Below are positions 57,209 to 64,000 of a DNA stretch of 64,000 nt, in pieces; position 1 is the first letter of the stretch; each line of letters starts with the position of its first letter. The translations under genes and the position numbers were made by a program. The stretch covers positions 2,604,001 through 2,668,000 of the forward strand of contig CAVNZM010000012.1 in assembly GCA_963693365.1 (NCBI GenBank), given 5' to 3'. This DNA is from Amoebidium appalachense. Taxonomy: Eukaryota > Protista > Ichthyosporea. The notes under the pieces are model-generated. The model was not told the DNA's origin. It did no database searches and worked only from the letters and a program-made list of their open reading frames with translations.

Positions 57209-59149
57209 GTGCATGTGTGTGGTGCGTGCGTGTTTGTTTGTGCATTTTTTTGTACACGTCTTTGGAGTCGGTGGCAGGGGTTCGGGGAAATCGAGGTCAG
57301 CACGTGCCGCAATACGCCGCAAACCGGTCCCTCCCCCCCCTCTCCCCTCCCTCTCTTCCAACACCCACATGCACACACACGTACACTCTCACACACACAT
57401 ACATACACACAGAGAGAGAACCAAAGAAAAAATCTAAGCAAACCAATTAAAAAAGGATAAAATCTTTTTTCGTTGCTACCGTGTGTGCGTGGAGGGAGGG
57501 GGGGAGCGCTGTGTGCATGCACAAATCATCATGGCGTAGTGGTATTTTCTGCGAACATCTATGAACGTGCTGGAGCTGAATTATGAGCCCGAACAATGCT
57601 GATGGTTACTACCAGACCATATATGACCTACTTAACATCATGGCTGTTTCCTTTCTCCTGCTGAACCTACATATTAGGTTACCCTTTTGCCAACAGCAGT
57701 CACATGATGTATGTATCCCTGCCTATTAGCAAATTTCTGCAACTTACCTCAGAGGCTGGTTCTTCGACACAAAGTTGCCGCCGGCCGTGTCCCAGTCCGT
57801 CAGACTGCACACACTAGCGGGCACATATGTGAGGTTCTGCGTGGGCCCTGTGCCCTGGTCACCCTTCCACTTGATCCACGTGCCCCCAAAATCACCCGCC
57901 GCGTACGCCTCGTTTTGAGTGCACGGCCGCAATACATCGTCACCGTTCCAGTTATCCGGTCGCTCGATATTACCTAGAGGCGTATCAGCTAGAACGGCAA
58001 AGTCATACAGTTTGGATGTTTTGACCTGAGGGTCGGGGTTGAAAGTGTCCAGGCTGCGCGTCGGGTGCATTTTGAATCCATTGAAATGGGTGTAGTCTAG
58101 GTGAACATTTGCAGACACAGCTATGCTTTTGACTCCGTAACGGAAAAGAACGGCTACTGAAGCTGCCACCGGACAATGAACTGTGTATGAGCCATCGAAA
58201 TGATCCTCGATTTTGCACAAAGTCACTACTTCGGTGACGTTTGTATCGAAATCAATATCGTCGCTTACTGGCCGAGTGATGAAGTGTGCGCGGTAGGAAC
58301 TACCTCCGAGCTCGCCCCCTACTGGCCTCCTCTTAACGTTGTCCTTTGCTGCAACTGTGTGTGTTTCGTGGATTTTGAACGTCACCACCTCACTACCATC
58401 ACCCAATACTGGCTGTTCCACAGTGAAGTTGATCGCAAAGGGTTCTGACCCTCTGATCAGATATGATGCTGGCGCCTGCAGAGCTGCAAGCCACTGTCGT
58501 GCGGCGGGCCCCAAGTCTTCCTCCTTCCCACCCATAGAGTGGAAGTGAGGCAGTGCGTTCTCAAAGAGAGTGGGGCTGCACCCCGTCTCTGCATCACACA
58601 ACGGCCGGGCCAGATTTGGATTGTCGCAGATTTGGTTGTTTGGCTGCGGCACCATGTTCAGGCGAACTCGCCGTATGAATGTTGCAATACTTGTGAAACG
58701 ACTGGCTGTGCATCTTCAGTCAATTGCTCTTGTGTAGACGGTTCATTTTCGGCTGTAGTAGTCGTGAGGTCGGAATTGGGTGTCACATCATCCACCGGCA
58801 GAGCTGGGATTTGCTCGACATTTTCGAAGCTGTTATAAGTGACAACATTAACGTTCACCTCTGTGTTTGTGCTAGTGCCTAGAGTGTTCACAAAAATGAG
58901 CAGACCAACCATGACACAAGCAAACACAGCTACCCCAACACAGGAACGGTTCTGTGCCCATCGTGGAATGACTTCGCGTATACCAGTCGCTGTGGTGCTT
59001 CTGGGCGCACATTGTGGGTCATTTATGTTTACGCTCTCGTGCATGTTGTGTGTTTCGGACGGTGAGTCCTTCGAGTCTGAAATAAGAGCTTCTGTGTCCA
59101 TGTTGCCCATTTCATGCTGAAAAGTGTCTGAATGAGTGTTTGGGGGCAT
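56424..59149 (-). CDS. NXPE/PC-esterase-like SGNH type II membrane protein, paralogue 2 (1-bp frameshift at ~58664)
   Basis: Exon 59149-57748 and exon 57129-56424, with the same intron position and phase as paralogue 1. GEF(R)LNMVPQPNN needs one extra base. LLAGASH, QTGAWN and CINHY motifs are present. Confidence 0.72.
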
Positions 59150-59603
59150 AATGTTCTATAACATAACAATATGATTGCGATGCCAACGCAACTTCAAACA
59201 TAACCGTTTAACAAAAAAACTTTTACGTTTTGGTCAGGCGCCAGGCGAGACTACTTAGTAACATAACTACAATGAAATGAACTATCCATAAATAAGCAGA
59301 ACGGGTTTTAAACTCAAACGTTTTGATGGGATAATTATGAACGATATGTACCTCCTAAACTCCATTCTGTGATATGGGAGTTCACATTGATTAATTTGTC
59401 TAGGAGTTCACATTTGACTTAGTTAACAATACCTCCAAGTTACGCACAACAAATTATGGATTACAGGTATGAATAATTATAACATGCATTTTTCATGACC
59501 TAAGCTGCTTTTTTCTGGGCTAAATCGAAAATTGCTGCTTGACAATTTTATTGTCTTCTCAGTATGCCGTGCATACTTGCATATCTTTCCGTCGAATAAA
59601 TCC

Positions 59604-59707
59604 TGTCACTGGCTGCATTTGATTGGCTGCGCTGGAATACGCAGTAGGCCGTCGAATGTGGCTGGGCCTCCGGCAGTGTCCACGCAATAAAAAGTGTGTA
59701 AACCCCC
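59604..59707 (+). mobile_element. 104-bp short insertion element, 6-bp TSD AAATCC
   Basis: AAATCC at 59598-59603 and 59708-59713. The empty site is present, in reverse complement, at ~14375-14395. Confidence 0.8.
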
Positions 59708-60309
59708 AAATCCAGTCAAAAGAATTTTTTTGCCAGTTTATGCCCAAATACCGACGTGGTTTAGGGTGTATTATCCGATGTAGTTCTGTGGCATACCAGG
59801 ATATATTACCATCCAATCAGTGCATGAAGGCATCACATATACTATAGTTATGCTATTTAGCCTGTTGGACATGGCTTTACTAGTAGCTACAATTAGGGAT
59901 ATTTCTTTCTTGTCGGTAAGCTCTTCCTATGTCCTATGTTATATTAGATTATAAAGCTATCTTATACAGTTATAAAAAACGAAACTAAATGCACTTTATA
60001 TCATGGTTCACCGCTCACGGTTCACCGCTGAGCGTCGTGATGATCTGTGAGATCTACGAAAAATGTAGAATCCGATGTGCGATTGCAGGCTGAGCGCGGC
60101 CGGGTTCTCGCTCAGACTATAATTAACCTTCTATCGGATTGTGCCAAATTGAATGGCTCCCTAAACTGTGGATCCACACACACCCATATACAAGATACTG
60201 GCAGCCGAATGCGGGGCTCCCGTCTGCTAAAAAGGGGCCAGAGGCCATGCCCCTCTCGCAAAAAACGTTATTATGCATGTGCTTGTGTTGAGGTGCGTGC
60301 TGTGTGTCA

Positions 60310-60370
<61 letters not shown>

Positions 60371-60693
60371 CGTGTCACAATAACGGTGTGTGCACGTGTA
60401 GTCTATTTAGATCTATGGTGTGGGTGGGTGGGCGGTGTGTATATGGGTGTATATCATGGTGTGTGTCTGGTGTGCACGTGTGTGTGTGCGCGCACGTGTG
60501 TGATTTAATTGCGTGTGTGCGTGTGTGTGTGTGCACGTGTGTGTGCATCTTTGTGTGTGTGTGTATGTGTGTGTGTGTGACTGTGTGTGTGTGTGCACGT
60601 GTGTGTGTGCACGAGAAAGAGAGATTGAGAGTGGGTGTGTGGGTGTGTGTGTGTGTATGTGTTTGTGTTTCTGCCGGTGTGTCCTTTTTTTTT

Positions 60694-60738
<45 letters not shown>

Positions 60739-60796
60739 AGGGTGTTGATAAACACTCTTCCCACGGCAATTTGGGACAGAAAGAGTTTCTTTGTAG

Positions 60797-62170
60797 ATGG
60801 GTGGCCATATGGTTTTAGACACTATGACCAAAACAAAAATTGCAGGATGGGGGTTCCACCCTAGTGGTACCGTGTGGGCATGTTTCATCCACAACGCAGG
60901 CAGGCTCGGAGGAAAAGACATGGGTATGGTTGACTCCCCTACCTTGGGGGGAATCACCATTCGCCCATTTCCAGAAGGACACAGCACCACCTGCAAGCAA
61001 TTGAAAACTGTCAGCATGTGTGTTTGTTTTGCACATTCAGTGTGTGTGTGTGTGTTGAGTGTTTGTGTGTGCAGCATGTGTATGTGTGTGTGTATGTGTG
61101 TGTGACTGTGCTTGTGCGGAGTGTGCGTGTGTGCACGTGTGTGGGTTGTGTGCTTGTGATTGTGTGTGTATGTGGGTGGGTTTGTGTGTGTATGTACACG
61201 TGTGCAGATGCTTTTGCCTATAAAGAACGTGTGCGTTATGTGCGTGCCAGCAGACAAGGGTCTGAGCAAGCTTTGCTTGCACGTGTTTATGGCTTGTCAA
61301 CATTCAAGTGTGTGCGCACACGTGCGCACGTGTGTGTTTGTGTGTGTGTGTTTGTGGGTGTGGGTGTGGGTGTGCGATGTGTGTCTGTGTTTTTCTTTTT
61401 GGTTTGTGGTGTTTGTGGTATTCTGTTGGTGCTTTTGCTTGCCCATGTGTACGCATGTCATGCACGTTTGTGTATGAGTGTGCATGCGTGTGTGTATGAG
61501 TGTGCATGTGTCTGTGTCTGTGTGTGTCACGGTGTGTGTATGAGTGTGTGTGTGTGTGAACGAGCGTGTGCACGTGTGCGGATCTGGTTGCCTGCACGTG
61601 TGTGTATGTGCACATGGTGCGCATTTGCACGTGTAAATGTTTGCCCATGTGCGCGCGTTTCAGTCATGCACGTGTGTGTATGTGTGTGCAGGCGTGTGTG
61701 TCTCTTTGTGTGTGTATGCGTGCGTGTGTATGTGTGTGTGTAGTGCATGTGCACGTGTGAATGTTTGCCCATGTGCGCGCATTTCAGTCATGCACGTGTG
61801 TGTATGTGTGACCAGGCGTGTGTGTCTCTTTGTGTGTGTGTGTGTGCGCGCGTGTGCACGTGTGCGGATCTGGGTGCCTGCACGTGCGTGTGTGTGTGCA
61901 TGTGTTCATGTGTGCAAGTGCGTGTGCGTGTGCGCGTGTGTGTGTGCGTGTGTGTGTGTGTGTGTGTGCGCGTGTGTGTGTGTGTGTGTGTGTGTGTAGT
62001 GCGTGTACGTGTGCAGGTATATGTGTAAGTGTGCTTGTGAGTGTGTTTGCGTGTGTCTGTACAAATCCGACGTTTCATGCAGGAAGGAAAACCAAAACCG
62101 CAGAATTTCTAACGCTTCATGAGGACACAAGCAATTACACACCTGAAATCCAAAAGCAGCGGCGGCGTTG
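60797..62170 (+). other. Possible exons of an unidentified spliced gene (60797-60923, 62083-~62170)
   Basis: Non-repetitive islands bounded by AG/GT with compatible phase (...GRLGGKDM|[30 protein letters not shown]). No recognisable domain, and a stop follows shortly. Confidence 0.25.
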
Positions 62171-63005
62171 GGTGTCACAATGATACATGTCATGTTGCCA
62201 GCCTGATTGGACACATCTGAAGCAACCTGAGGTAATGAGAACAAAAATCACTCCCTGGTTCACATAAAAACGTGACACGAGCACACACAGGCACGTAGAT
62301 AATAAAACGACGGCATACATTGGCTTCTACTTATACAGATTAAGATGCTCATTGGACCAGGCATGTACCTGTGGTGCTGCAGAAGGTGCAACCAGCAGCA
62401 GCACAAAGAGCACGAGCGAGAAGACCACGCACAACGCCTTACGCGGCGTTCCTTTCAAAAAACCCCCCATTGCTTCTATTAGTATCCGCAGTAAGTCGGT
62501 CGACCACTATGCAAAAACAAAACGTCTTCTTCTTTTGCGCTCCGACGTCTGATCAAGGGCCTCCGGCCCCAAAAACAGGGGTATGGAAGGCTGAAATAGA
62601 GGGACTACTTCAATTTGAATGACGGATTATGCTAAAAAAAATACACATCGGATGCATGTGAGGCTTGTTTAGTCATGTTTTATTCTACTTTCATGCGCTT
62701 TTATGCACTTGTGTTGTGATCTATGTGTTTCGCGGCACTTCCGCTACACGAGTCCCCATGGACTTGGGGCTAGAGCCCCGAAACGGTTGGTTCGATTTGG
62801 CAATCATAACATTGGGTGCGCTCTTCATCCCCTCCCCTCCCAGGTCTTCCTTTCACACGCACACACACACACACACATAACCACGGGCGAGGTTGGGATG
62901 GAAAACCCTGGCCTGTGCTAAGTGTGTACATCCCTCCGGGAACAAAACGATTGAATAAACTTTAATTTGAAAACAAAAAACACACATTGCTGCGCCCACA
63001 CAAAC

Positions 63006-63060
<55 letters not shown>

Positions 63061-63239
63061 GTGACACCCAACCCCCCCCCTTTCCCCCCCGGGGCCCACA
63101 TGCACACACACACACACATACGCAAACACCTGTCTGTGTGTGTATCTGTGTGTGCATACGTGTGTGTGTGCGTGCGTGTGCGCGCGCGTGTGTCTGTGAT
63201 TTTTTTTTTCAGGGTCTGGATGCGTGAGTAAGGGAGGGG

Positions 63240-63273
<34 letters not shown>

Positions 63274-63551
63274 AGAAAGGCAGGCTCAAACGGAAAAGCT
63301 TAGCTATTTTAAGTGGTGAGATATGGGTACATAAGGTGTTGTCTTCACCGTAGCAACTCTCCTTTGGCACTCCGAAGATGAGCACTAAGTTCAGGTTCAT
63401 TTTGAATAACGATTGTAAAATGAGAACCCGATGGACACGCTTGTGGTTGTGTTTTAGCAAATCAAAACCCTCTGGCCGCAGCAGTGCAGCTGAGCCCCCC
63501 CCCCCCCCCCCCCCCCCCCCCTCCCCCCCACTCCTTCTCACCTCCCCCCCA

Positions 63552-63587
<36 letters not shown>

Positions 63588-63841
63588 CGGCTGTTTTGCC
63601 AGGCTTTTTATACCGGGCTCTTGCCTCCGTATACGAGGCCACTTGAAAAAATGTAGTGTGAATGGAAGCATAAGTCTGCCCTAGTGTACACTTCTAAGGA
63701 GGTGAAAAGGGGTGTTCACCGTGGTAGGTGGAGAGGAGCTTTTCTGACCACACAAGAAAAACACAAGGGAAGATCTAGCTAGAGCAAGGAAACTTTAAAG
63801 GAAAGGCTGTTGGTGGCTGTGGGAAGTTGGTGGTGGTGGTG

Positions 63842-63872
<31 letters not shown>

Positions 63873-64000
63873 GGGGGGGGGTGCTCATGGCCCTAATATG
63901 TTTTTATCAAATGGTGGGATGCAATAACGGTAGAGTTTTTGCTGCACACCCGAGACAGATTTGGTATCTCACTGACGGCTGTGCACCGTCACCACAACAA

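Overview
Eukaryotic genomic DNA, very rich in (CA)n/(GT)n microsatellites and long poly-G/poly-C runs. An animal-type SRI domain together with this intron style suggests a unicellular holozoan such as an ichthyosporean (inference only). Most ORFs in the supplied track are repeat artefacts. Three host genes can be supported: the 3' part of a spliced SETD2/Set2 histone H3K36 methyltransferase gene (+, ~397-8213) and two paralogous two-exon genes for NXPE/PC-esterase-like SGNH type II membrane proteins (-, 10620-13315 and 56424-59149). Between the paralogues lies a ~40 kb nest of mobile elements that can be unstacked using target-site duplications (TSDs). The oldest layer is a DIRS/Ngaro-like tyrosine-recombinase element with no visible RT, split by at least three LTR insertions. 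The others are two chromodomain-family Gypsy elements (family A), a non-autonomous relative (family B) inserted into A twice and tied to an inversion/inverted duplication, two young non-autonomous Gypsy elements with shared R-U5 but different U3 (family C), a Copia-type TRIM, an 11-copy ~183-bp satellite, a LINE remnant, a MITE and a ~104-bp C-tailed short retroposon. The most unusual signals are the non-tRNA-3'-end primer-binding site shared by A and B, the 5'/3' LTR asymmetry next to it, and the reconstructed gag-YR element.
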